Shown one piece after another: positions 34,582 to 46,561 of a stretch of 64,000 nucleotides of DNA. The notes beneath the pieces are model-generated. The model saw nothing but the letters and a program-made list of their open reading frames with translations. It searched no databases and was not told the origin of the DNA. Positions within the stretch are counted from its first letter, which is position 1. Every line of letters begins with the position of its first letter. Position numbers and translations under genes: made by a program. This DNA is from Azolla caroliniana (lineage: Eukaryota; Plantae; Polypodiophyta): the NCBI GenBank assembly GCA_043228905.1, contig JBHGNT010000002.1, forward strand, positions 28,148,001-28,212,000, given 5' to 3'.

Positions 34582-35991
34582 TTTATTGAATTGAATCCCT
34601 CAATGTCGGGAAGGTTGGTGATAAAATCCGTCGAGATGGAGGCCCATGGCCTACTTGGAATTGGCAAAGGTGCAAAGGTTGAAGTAGACCGTAGGGATGA
34701 TGATGTACTGCTTTGGCGGGGGCACATGTATCACATGTTTTCACAAATTGTTTTTAAACAAGTTTCCAAGGTTGAGGCCACCAATAACTTCTAGAGATTA
34801 ACTCCAAAGTTTTTGCAACACCAAAATGTCCACCTAGGGCGTCGTCATGGCATTCCTTCATGATATGACTAAGACAAGGACCATCTAGGACATACATTAA
34901 GTTGTTTCGAAAAAGAAAACCATTTTGAAACATAAATTGGTCTTGACTATTCAGTACCTCCGTTATGGTTGATTTGTTGACTCGACTCTCCTTAATTTCG
35001 TTTGCAAATTTCTCGGTGGCAGTATCTATGGCTATTGCGTTGAGTAATGATTCATCTGCACCCATATAAGTTGTAAAGAGTTGAATTTGATGTGGCTATA
35101 GGAGACAGCGTGATTGTTGATTGTAGGTCTCATCTCCCGGTCGGATTTCGAATTCCGAACACCGAGATAGGGCATTGGCTTTACCATGTTGGGCACCGGG
35201 ACGAAAAACAATTTCAAAGTCATAGTCCACCAAGAAGGTCGACCATCGCGCTTGCCTCCGGTTCAAAATATGAGTAGTGGTGAAGTAAACAAGGTTCTTG
35301 TGATCGGTCACCACTTGGACACGGTGTTGGGTGCTTGCTAAGTAAGGACACCATTCTTCAAAGGCTGCAATAATGGCAGAGAGTTCTTTGTCATAAACAT
35401 GGTAGTTGATCTCTGGAGGTGTGAACTTTCGAGAATAAAAGGCAACAGGATGAAGAATCATATTGTTATTTGATTGAGAGAGAATGGCACCAATGGCAAA
35501 GTCAAAGGCATAAGTTTCGATCATAAATGGTTTGGTCAGATATGGGTGTAGAAGTATCAGAGTTGAGGTAAAAGATTTCTTTAGTGTCTCAAATGCTAGT
35601 TGGGTTGTAGGAGTTCAGCAAAAGGGGAATCCTTCTGAGTGAGTGCTATAAGTGTTTGCGCCAATGTAGAGAATCCTTGAATGAATCGACGATAGAAATT
35701 GGCAAAACCCAAAAATGATTGCACATCCTTGACCTTGGTGGGGACTTCCCACTCTTGAACTGTTTCGACTTTCTTCTCGTCCATAGTGAGACCATCAGAT
35801 GAAATGAAATACCCGAGGAATTCAACTGAGGTTCGATCAAAGTCCATGTTCCTAAAGTTTGGATAAGATAAGTCGAACGTGCTTGGTGTGCTCTATATAG
35901 TTCTGTGAGAAGATAAGTATGTTGTCGAGATATATGACAACAAATTGGCCTAGATATTCTCAGAAGATGTCATTCATCATATGTTGGAACG
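34582..35991 (-). mobile_element. Ty3/gypsy pol remnant (RT-RNase H-integrase), chromovirus Tcn1/Tf-like, frameshifted
   Basis: FQHMMNDIF, VQSFLGFANFYRRFI, HPVAFYSRKF..EINY.VYDKEL, TDHKNL, RRQARW, CHDD..GHFG..KT, PWASISTDFI; RT-RH-INT order. Confidence 0.9.
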
Positions 35992-36274
35992 CCAAGAGCA
36001 TACGCCAAGAGAACGTTGTCGTGAAGAAAACCGTCCCTTAGCGCAATCGGTGCATAGCGCGCGTGAACCGGCTCTTCACGCGTGCGCGCCCTTTAATGTA
36101 TATATTAGAGAATTAGGTACAAAGGTATATCCTAGGTAGTTAGATTCGGTAGGTAGGAAGTTAATGAGGGAAACAGCTCCCTTCTTGAAGCTATAAAAGA
36201 GAGGGAGACGCGGGGAGAAGAGCAGGGCATTATTTCTGAGGAGGACGAAGTGCTGTCGGACCGGAACTGAACGC

Positions 36275-36542
36275 TGTTACCCCGTACGAGCTGTACGGAG
36301 AGTCAAGTGTGATGAGCGAGGGTCGAATATTATCATGATGATGTTGTATATGTGTAGGGAACATAAATGTAATTGTGAGTCGATATGTATGTGAACACAT
36401 GCACACGTGTGTGCATGTGGAGGGATACGATGAGGTGTGAGTGAGTGTCCAATATGAATGCTCTAGGGGGGTTACACCCCTTTGTATCTACCCCCTCTTG
36501 TACTATTTAACCCCTTTATGGGGAATGAATGAGAAAGGAATC

Positions 36543-36585
<43 letters not shown>

Positions 36586-39066
36586 CATCTCTCTTCCTAT
36601 CTCTCTCCCTCAACGTTGAACCCCTTAGAATGGCTCCACCCCCCACCCCACAATGCTTCTCAACGATTCTCAACATCTTCATGCCAATCTCTCTTACCAT
36701 CATACTCTCCATTATCTTCGCTATTACGCCATGTCTATCTTTGTCATTGATAATCATCATCGTCCTTAACCCTAACCCTAAAACATACAACACCTTTTGG
36801 CGACCACTAAGGCGACCCCCCTTTGAAGATGAAGTCGAAGATGAATATGCGGCAAAGACATGGCGACAACGAAATGTGCGATAATGGTGACAATGATGTA
36901 CAAAGAATCTAATTGACGATGTGCAACAAATGGCAGTCACAATATGTGAGACAAAGTCGAGGAATGAGATGGTATGATGATGTGAAGGAAATGGTGATGT
37001 TGATGGGAAGTCATCGAGGAATGCAAAACAATGAAGTTGTGCAAGAGGAAGTTATGAAATGATATGCAACAATAATACGCGAGAAATGGTAGAAATGTGC
37101 GTGTAATAGCGATGATGATGAAATGATGACGTTGTGCGAGACTACAACAATGGCAATGACCGTGTGCAAGAGATGGGGAAAAGGTCAAAGAAACAGGAGT
37201 AAAATACAATGATTACGATGATTATGATGTTGTGTCATTAGGGTTTCGGTTTGCGTCTTCTCCATTTCGAATCTTATCGATGAAAGAGATTCTGAAGGAT
37301 GCAACATGATTAAGGAAGAAGACAGAACGAACTACCAAACTATAGAGACTATGGATTTCTGTTTGAATGGCATTCTCCCAATCATTCTATGTTCCCATCT
37401 TAGGAATTTCGAAGAGATGAATCTCTAGTGTTTTATGAGCAAACTGACACAAGCAAGCAAAATAGACTCAAGAGACACAACCGAAAAGAGCCGAAAAGAC
37501 ACAACCAAACCACGGCCAAGACGGTGATACGGAGATGGTGATAGAACAAGAGGCGATAGAGCACCTGTCGGAAAGCGACCTAAGAACGGTCCCAGTGGCT
37601 GAATGGCGTCAGAATGGAGGCGGCCGGACCTGATGACGCCAAACAACGACAGTGATGGAGATTGCCGGAAGCGGCCAGACAGCAGCCAAACAACAACCGG
37701 ATGACGACTGAAGAGTGGCCAAGTGACGGAGCTCAGCCAAAACAGACGGCCACGCGACTGCAGACCGGCCGGACAGGGCCGGCGACGACGAGAGGGGCTT
37801 CAAGAACGGTCATCACCAACCGACAGAAGCCAGAGAGCGGTCGGAATGGTCGAACAAGACGACAGTCGAACGTCATTCGGACGACGATTGAATAAAGTGG
37901 CCGGAGCAACCGACGTGCTGGCGGCTAGACAACCAATGGTAGTAAGGAATAGAGATAGCCAGATAGAGATGCCAGCCCAAAGAATGGCTGGACAGGGCCG
38001 CGAGAGACGGCAACGACGCCACACGATGGTAGAACAACAACAGAAAGTGGCGGCCGGACAGCCACATCCGAACATCGGAGGACCCTGACTGCGACGGCGA
38101 CAGAACCACAGCCAAAGACGGAAACAGAAACAAAAATAAAGACCGAGACGGAGATGAACAAAGAAGGCCATACAAACACACAGAGTGACAGCCACGAACA
38201 ATGGACATAGTAGTGGTGAATGAAGAAGAGAAAGAAGAAGATGATGAAGTCTGAGAAACAGAAAGAAGAGAGAGAAAGGCATAGACGGAAGAATAAGGAA
38301 GAACGGGAAGAAAGAATGAGGAAGAAGAAAGCAGGTGAGAAAGAAAGAAAGAAGTAGTAACAGAAATGAAAAAGAAGAGGGAAAGAAGAGAAGGAAAGAA
38401 GAAAAAGAAAGATGAGGGTATCAAACATAATTGTAAAAACTTGAGGGTATATAAGAATATTTTAAAAATCAAAGGGCACCTATGAAATTTTGAAATCTCA
38501 TCCACCTAAAGAAATGGACGTGATCGACCACGACATCTCACAAAATCAACAAAGCATAACATACATACACACAACATTTTTAAGGACCCGAAAGAGGATA
38601 CCAAAGTTCGTAAGACGACAGAATGAGAATGTTCATGTCGCGGAAAAGTCGCTGACCGATGGAGATGATCGAGTCAAGCGCTCCGATCGAGGGAGTCGAT
38701 CGTTGAAAGGACCGATGGAAGTTCCGGTCGAAGAGATATCATCATCAAGGCATGTGGGATCGACGTGCAAGGCACTTTCCCACGGGCGTGCGATATTGTG
38801 TTACCCCGTACGAGTTGTACGGAGAGTCAAGTGTGATGAGCGAGGGTCGAATATTATCATGATGATGTTGTATATGTGTAGGGAACATAAATGTAATTGT
38901 GAGTCGATATGTATGTGAACACATGCACACGTGTGTGCATGTGGAGGGATACGATGAGGTGTGAGTGAGTGTCCAATATGAATGCTCTAGGGGGGTTACA
39001 CCCCTTTGTATCTACCCCCTCTTGTACTATTTAACCCCTTTATGGGGAATGAATGAGAAAGGAATC

Positions 39067-39117
<51 letters not shown>

Positions 39118-39343
39118 CATCTCTCTTCCTATCTCTCTCCCTCAACGTTGAACCCCCTTGGGAGGGGGGTGGAGCCATTCTAGGCACCACCCCCCACCCC
39201 ACAATGCTTCTCAACGATTCTCAACATCTTCATGCCAATCTCTCTTACCATCATACTCTCCATTATCTTCGCTATTACGCCATGTCTATCTTTGTCATTG
39301 ATAATCATCATCGTCCTTAACCCTAACCCTAAAACGTATAACA
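36275..39343 (+). mobile_element. Non-autonomous LTR retrotransposon (LARD/large TRIM) nested in the Ty3 LTR
   Basis: LTRs 36275-36792 and 38799-39343 (TGTTA...AACA), 5-bp TSD AACGC, PBS TGGCGACCAC (tRNA-Arg-like), low-complexity non-coding interior. Confidence 0.92.
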
Positions 39344-39789
39344 AACGCTTCTCCTCTGTTCGTTCTCCATTGCTCTTCTCTGCAGGTTTTCGGGAGGCTC
39401 GCGCTGCTTCGAGGAACGCCCGTGTGCTTCCGGCAGCACCTCCATCCTATCCCCTTTCGTGCGCAGACGAGTAGGCATCGGCATATGTTCGTCGGCCTGT
39501 TCGGTTGTAACCACTCGCGTGCTCTATTGTTTATTTGTCATTCATTAATATACAAACATTCGTGTCTCTCTGTCTCTGTGTCCATTCGTGTCTTCTGCAT
39601 TGACAGGGCCGTGTCCCTGTGTTTCTTTGCTCATACGTAACCGAGCGTCTCTCTCTTTCTCTTTCCCCTTCTATCACCTGCTCTTCGGTTCAAGACCCCG
39701 GTGGTCCCGCCTCGTTTCTCCACGCACGCGCATAGTAATGCGACATCTTTGGTGAACCCGACGTGAACAAGGCGGGAGAGGAGCAGAAG

Positions 39790-42722
39790 ATGAGGGGGTC
39801 AGATCTTGCAGAGGCCATGGCTTCGGCCGTGCACCAGATAGTGAGCGCGCACGAGGGCGCCAGCGCCCTTGACAGGGCTATTGAGGCGATCATCGGTACG
39901 ATCGACCGGTTCAGTGGAAAGGATGCCACGAGTTATTTGGCGTCCTACCGGGCGGAGATGTTGATGAGGGATATTCCGGAAGAGAGGCGTCTTGCCGGAT
40001 TCCCTCGAGTGGCGATGCCGGGCATCCATGCAGAGGTGCTCGAGGTCCGGGCGGAGAGCCGGACCTGGGAGGAGTTCGAAGTACGGCTCCTGGAGAAATA
40101 CGGGCTGGATGACGCCCTTCGGCTTTCGAAGCGGGGCTTCATGGAGTGGGTGGAGTCCCCCAACAAAGGAAGAAATGCGTCGGTACTCCTCTGGGAGTTT
40201 GAAGAACGCTTTGCGCACCTTTCGGCGCTCGATCGGACCGTTCTGGACACAAGTCGTGTCCTACTGTTTGTCAAATCGGTTGACGCACGGGATCAGGGGC
40301 AAGTGGGCTCCTTACTGGAAACCGAAGACGGGCTGACAAACGGTGGGAGTGGGCTGATACAGGGGCGACCGGGGCGGGTCCTGTCGCAATAAGGAAGCTC
40401 GAACCGATACCACAGGCGCGAAGGGTGTTGGGAAACAGGTCCCTCCGGATGGGAAGGGAGAAGATCAGTGCCGATGAACAAACTCGGCCGAGGCCGAAAC
40501 CGTATGAGGTGGACCCGGCCACGGAGAGCCGGATGATGCAGACCCGGTGAAGACCGGATGAGGAGTACCTGGCTACGGAGAGCCGGATGATACAGACCCG
40601 GTGTGAACCGGATGAGGAGTACCCGGCTACGGAGAGCCGGATGGTGTAGGCCCGGTGTGAACCGGATGAGGAGTACCCGGCTACGGAGAGCCGGATGGTG
40701 CAGGCCCGGTGTGAACCGGATGAGGAGCACCCGGCTACGGAGAGCCGGATGACGCAGACCCGGTGCGAACCGGAGGAAGAGACATATTCGTAAATATGTT
40801 TCTAAGAGCCCATCGAGGCTACATTTGTAAATAGCCGAAAAGTCATATTAGTATAAATATGACTTAGGGCAAACTTTATGTGTAGTTGTTATTTTCTGTT
40901 TTGCACGAGATCAGTGTGCGTAACTGTACAGAGAGAGAGAGAGAGAAAGAGGTCGTTGCCTCTGTTGTAACCGCCGCCTGTGGCGAAGATTTGTGAGCAC
41001 GAGGTCGGTGCCTCAGTGAACTCACTGTTGTATATTCCTACGTAGTGACAGTTTGCAGCCTGTGGGCTGCCGTGGTTTTTCCCCTAGTTTGGGGTTTTCC
41101 ACGCAAACCTCCTGTGTATTCTCTTCTTCTTCTTGTCGTGTTTATTTCCCGTTTTCTATGTATGAAAAGAATCTCGGTTGTGGCCGAGCGTTGGACATAA
41201 GGAGCCTTGAGTTCTCGTCAAGTCGGTTGTGGCCGAGCGTCGCGCATAAGGAACTTAGGGTTCACGTCAAAGGGAAGAGACCCGGGAGTGGCTCAAAACC
41301 GGTTCGGCTTCGACCGGCGTGGTCAGAGGCTAGTCCGGGGGAATAGCTTTGGAGGAGTTGACACGGGAAGTAAAGGATCTCCAGATCGCCCAGGCTCGGA
41401 GGGAAGGCGGCGAACAGGCTCGTGACCGACGGCCTCCGGCAGGAAATAGGTGCATGTGGTGCGACGAGGTCGGCCACATCTGGAAAGATTGCGGGGAATT
41501 TGCGGAGGCTTTGAGAAGCCGGGTAGTGTACCTGTGGGAAGGTTGGGTGCACGCCAGCGATACCCGGAGGGCCCTGAACCGAAACGACGGGCGAGGAGGA
41601 ATGAAAAGGCTGATGGAAGAGGCGGCGGCCCGGCACGCGAAGAACGTCCACTACTCGGCATCATCCGGTATTCGGGTCGGAGGCAGCGAGGCCCGGAAGG
41701 AGAGCAAAGCCGGGTTCTGGCCGACAATGCTAGAAGGCCTCGCCGGTGCCCGACTAAGGAAAGACGAGGTGGACCGCACAGAGAAGCGGGTCCAGGAGGT
41801 AACCGGGTGGAGTGACCCGGTCGAAGAAAAGACGGGTTTCGTCGAAGCAGCTTGCCAGAACTACGAGGCTCTGGTTGAAGACAAACGGGTAGGTAAAACC
41901 GGAGGGGCCGGACCCTCACAGAGATACGAAACCCGATTCGGGCCGAAACAGAACGAGGCCGGTGAGACTAGTGCCCGGGATAACCACAAGAAGGGCGGAT
42001 ACCTGTTGGGCACGGAGATCGAAAGGACCACGGACCTACGAAAGGTCCTGGAAGAACGAATCCTCAACAACAAGGTGGAACTGTTGTTGCGGGAGATGCT
42101 CGGAATCGCCAAGAAGGAGTTCCACGACTCCATCGTAGACTTGGTGAAGAGGAAGAGGCTGTCGACGGAGACAGAACCGGAAAGGCCGGTGGAGGTGCGG
42201 ACGACGCACATAGAGGACATGGCGCTGGAAGACGAGTGGGCGGAGAGCCACTATTCGAGGCCACACTGGGTCCGAGCGACCACGGAAACCCCGGTGAAGA
42301 TCGGAGATGTTTAGGAACCGGTGGTGGCGCTGGTGGACCACGGTTCGGAAATAAACCTGATTTCCATGGACTTCTACAAGAAGGGGAAATGGCCGATCAA
42401 CACCAAGCACGGGTGGAAGATATGGGCGGCGACGCGCGCCACCGAGGAACTACACGGGGCCTGCCCAAACGTGCGAGTCAAGATCGGCGACGTCGAGATA
42501 GACTAGCACTTCTTTGTGCAGGAGATGTCCTCGCACCCGGTCATACTGGGAGAACCGTACATTACGGCAGCACGGATGGAGACTAAGGTGCTGGACAACG
42601 GGTCTGCTTACACGAGGGTCAAGAGTCAGGACGAGCGTCATTCGGTCCAGTTCCTGACGATGCGACCGAACCACGAGCGAAACCGCGAGTCCCTCGGTGG
42701 CGAGAACCGAGAGGATTTTTAG
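39790..42722 (+). pseudogene. Ty3 gag-protease, copy 1 (interrupted by a solo LTR and stops)
   Basis: Capsid-like RFSGKDATSYL...WEEFE; zinc knuckle CMWCDEVGHIWKDC; protease ALVDHGSEINL...VILGEPY. Confidence 0.85.
40426..41269 (+). mobile_element. Solo LTR (probably Copia-type) inserted in gag
   Basis: TG...CA ends and 5-bp TSD AAGGG; the uninterrupted site is visible in copy 2 near 43370. Contains the GTGGTTTTT...GGGTTTTCCACG motif and a 54-bp tandem repeat (about 5 copies, 40506-40775). Confidence 0.88.
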
Positions 42723-43183
42723 AGAGGGCTGTCAAGGAGTGGGGCCGCAACAGTCCGGACACTCCAGGAAAACCCCATAAATGTACGATAGAGACGAAAC
42801 CAAAGAAACCTTGTACCATAAGTAGGAAGTTTTGTTTCTCCGACAACGGAGGGTGTACGATAGTCGGCGTCGTTGGTCGAGAAAAGACAAGGGCGGATGA
42901 GCGACTTCGGGCGTGCGGAGTTCTCGGGCCCAGCGAGGAAATCAACGGAGCTGTAGAGGCGGTCTCCTTCGACGATACCTTGGGAATACTGCAAGAGGTG
43001 GTCGGAGAGGGCCTTAAAGAGGACCGGACGATACCGGTTTGTTTAGAAGAGATGTACGAAGTCATCGCGGACTTCAGTCGAGGGCTCGAGTCGGATCGGA
43101 CGGCCCGGTGTCGTGAAGAAAACCGTCCCTTAGCGCAATCGGTGCATAGCGCGCGTGAACCAGCTCTTCACGCGTGCGCGCCC

Positions 43184-44820
43184 TTGACGCACGGGACCGG
43201 GAGCAAGTGGGCTCCTTACTGGAAACCGAAGATGGGCTGACGACCGACTAGGCCGTGGTAAAAAGAGTCTGCGGCCGTTTTGACAAATGGTGGGAGTGGG
43301 CTGATACAGGGGCGACCGGGGCGGGTCCTGTCGCAGCAAGGAAGCTCGAACCGATACCGCAGGCGCGACGGGAAGAGACCCGAGAGTGGCTCGAAACCGG
43401 TTCGGCTTCGAACGGCGTGGTCAGAGGCCCGTCTGGGGGGACAGCTTTGGAGGAGCTGACACGGGCGGTAAAGGATCTCCAGATCGCCCAAGCTCGGAGG
43501 GAAGGCGGCGATCAGGCTCGTGACCGACGGCCTCCGGCAGGAAATAGGTGCATGTGGTGCGACGAGGTCGGCCACATCCGGAAAGACTGCGGGGACTTTA
43601 TGGAGGCTTTGAGAAACCGAGTAGTGTACCTGTGGGAAGGTTGGGTGCATGCCAGCGATACCCGGAGGGCCCTGAACCGAAACGACGGGCGAGGAGGAAT
43701 GAAAAGGCTGATGGAAGAGGCGGCGGCACGGCACGCAGAGACTGTCCACTACTCAGCGTCAGCCGGTATTCGGGTCGGAGGCAGCGAGGCCCGGAAGGAG
43801 AGCAAAGCCGGGTTCTGGCCGACGGTGCTGGAAGGTCTCGCCGGTGCCCGACTAAAGAGAGACGAGGCGGACCTCGCGGAGAAGTGGGTCCAGGAGGTAA
43901 CCGGGTGGAGTGACCCAGTCGAAGAAAAGACGGGTTTCGTCGAAGCAGCTTGCAAGAACTACAAGGCTCTGGTTGAAGACAAACGGGTAGGTAAAACCGG
44001 AGGGGCCGGACCCTCACAGAGATACGAAACCCGATTCGGGCCGAAACGGAACGAGGACGGTGAGTCCAGTGCCCGGGATAACCACAAGAAGGGCGGATAT
44101 CGTTTGGGCACGGAGATCGAAAGGACCACAGACCTACGAAAGGTCCTGGAAGAACGAATCCTCGACAGCAAGGTGGAACTGTCGTTGCGGGAGGTGCTCG
44201 GAATCGCCAAGAAGGAGTTCCACGACTCCATCGTAGACTTGGTGAAGAGGAAGAGGCTGTCGACGGAGGCAGAACCGGAAAGGCCTGTGGAGGTGCGGAC
44301 GACGCACATAGAGGACATGGCGCTGGAAGACGAGTGGGCGGAGAGCCACTACTCGAGGCCACACTAGGCCCGAGCGACCACGGAAACCCCGGTGAAGATC
44401 AGAGCTATTCAGGAACCGGTGGTGGCGCTGGTGGACCACAGTTCGGAAATAAACCTGATGTCCATGGACTTCTACAGGAAGGGGAAATGGCCGATCAACA
44501 CCAAGCACGGGTGGAAGATACAGGCGGCGACGCGCGCCACCGAGGAACTACACGGGGCCTGCCCAAACGTGCGAGTCAAGATCGGCGACGTCGAGATAGA
44601 TCAGAACTTCTTTGTGCAGGAGACGTCCTCGCACCCGGTAATACTGGGAGAACCGTACATTACGGCAGCGCGGATGGAGACCAAGGTGCTGGACAACGGG
44701 TCGGCTTACGTGAGGGTCAAGAGTCTGGACGAGCGTCATTCGGTCCAGTTCCTGACGGTGCGATCGAACCACGAGCGAAATCGCGAGTCCCTCGGTGGCG
44801 AGAACCGAGAGGATTTTTAG
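43184..44820 (+). pseudogene. Ty3 gag-protease, copy 2 (5'-truncated)
   Basis: Closely similar to copy 1: CMWCDEVGHIRKDC, ALVDHSSEINL; ends REDF*. Confidence 0.85.
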
Positions 44821-44866
44821 AGAGGGCTGTCAAGGCGGGGCTTCTCAAAGCCTCCGTAACCGGCTA

Positions 44867-45656
44867 CTCAAAGCCTCCGTAAAGTCCCCGCAGTCTTTCC
44901 GGATGTGGCCGACCTCGTCGCACCACATGCACCTATTTCCTACTGGAGGCCGTCGGTCACAAGCCTGATCGCCGCCTTCCCTCCGAGATTGGGCGATCTA
45001 GAGATCCTGTACCGCCCGTGTCAGCTCCTCCAAAGTTGTCCCCCCGGACGGGCCTCTGACCACGCCGGTCGAAGCCGAACTGGTTTCGAGCCACTCCCGG
45101 GTCTCTTCCCGTCGCACCTGCGGTATCGGTTCGAACTTCCTTGCTGCGACAAAACCCGTGCGTCAACCGATTTGACAAACAGTAGGACACGACTTGTGTC
45201 CAGAACGGTCCGATCGAGCGCCGAAAGGCTCACAAAGCGATCCTCAAACTCCCGGAGGAGTGCCGACGCATTTCTTCCTTTGTCGGGGGACTCCACCCAC
45301 TCCATGAAGCCCCGCTTCGAAAGTCGAAGCGCGTCATCCAGCCCGTATTTCTCCAGGAGCCGTCCTTCGAACTCCTCCCAGGTCCGGCTCTCCGCCCGGA
45401 CCTCGAGCACCTCCGCATGGATGCCCAACATCGCCACTCGAGGGAATCCGGCAAGACGCCTCTCTTCCGGAATATCCCTCATCAACATCTCCGCCCGGTA
45501 GGACTCCAAATAACTCGTGGCATCCTTTCCACTGAACCGGCCGATCATACCGACGATCGCCTCAATAGCCCTGTCAAGGGCGCCGGTGCCCTAGCGCGCG
45601 CTCACTATCCGGTCCACGGCCGAAGCCATGGCCTCTGCGAGATCCGACCCCCTCAT
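44867..45656 (-). pseudogene. Ty3 gag, copy 3 (inverted, internally deleted)
   Basis: ORF 45021-45548 matches the copy 1 gag; the segment ends just after the zinc knuckle. Confidence 0.85.
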
Positions 45657-46561
45657 CTTCTGCTCCTCTACCGCCTTGTTCACGTCGGGTTCACCAAATA
45701 TGTCGCGTTATTACGCGCGTGCGTGGAGAAACGAGGCGGGACCACCGGGGTCTTGAATCGAAGAGCATGTGATAGGAGGGGAAAGAGAAAGAGAGAGACG
45801 ACCGGTTACGTATGAGCAAAGAAACACAGGGACACGGCCCATCAACGCAGAAGACACGAATGGACACAGAGACAGAGAGACACGAATGGACACAGAGACA
45901 GAGAGACACGAATGTTTGTATATTAACAAGTGACACAAAAACAACAGAGCACGCGAGCGGTTACAACCGAACAGGCCGGCGAATAGATGTTGATGCCTGC
46001 TCGTCTGCGCACGAAAGCGGATAGGATGGAGGTGCTACCGGAAACACACGGGCGTTCCTCGAAGCAGCGCGAGCCTCCCGAAAACCTGCAGAGAAGAGCA
46101 ATAGAGAACAAACAGATGAGAAGCGTTCGTTTACGATCTGACAGCACTTCGTCCTCCTCAATGCGCAATCCCTTCTCCCTGCGTCTCCCTCTCCTTTATA
46201 GCGTCAAGAAGGGAGCCATCTCCCTCATTTACTTCCTACCTACCGAATCTAACTACCCAGGATATACCTATGTACCTAATTCCCTATTATATACGCGCGC
46301 GCTATGCACCGATTGCGCTAAGGGACAGTTTTCTTCACGACAACGTCTGATTATAAATCAAAATAGAATGTTATGACTCACTTAAATTAATGAATATTCG
46401 CAGCATTTAAATTTTATTACAGGTTTGAATGATAAAGATATGGCTATAATGTATATTGATTTAAGAATACCGCAAATACTAAAATTCCTCTTGAACTATT
46501 AATCTTGGAATTTCCATTGTATTATTGCATGGAACATGAATATTGGCAAATCTAATATTAA

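Larger units (their letters stand above)
36017..46342. mobile_element. Rearranged tRNA-Trp-primed Ty3/gypsy complex: three partial copies with outer 5' LTRs inverted
   Basis: Plus LTR 36017-39745 (interrupted) followed by PBS TGGTGAACCCGACGTGA at 39750; gag-protease to 42722; LTR-start fragment at 43109 fused to mid-gag; second gag-protease to 44820; inverted gag, PBS (45680-45696) and LTR 45701-46342 on the minus strand. ACGT on both flanks. No RT or integrase seen. Confidence 0.88.

Noticed and set aside
37662-38505. Overlapping 120-210 aa ORFs on both strands
   Set aside because: Low-complexity GA/CT-rich interior of a non-autonomous LTR element; no recognisable domain.
41262-45815. Many long antisense and alternate-frame ORFs
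   Set aside because: Shadows of GC-rich gag-protease sequence.
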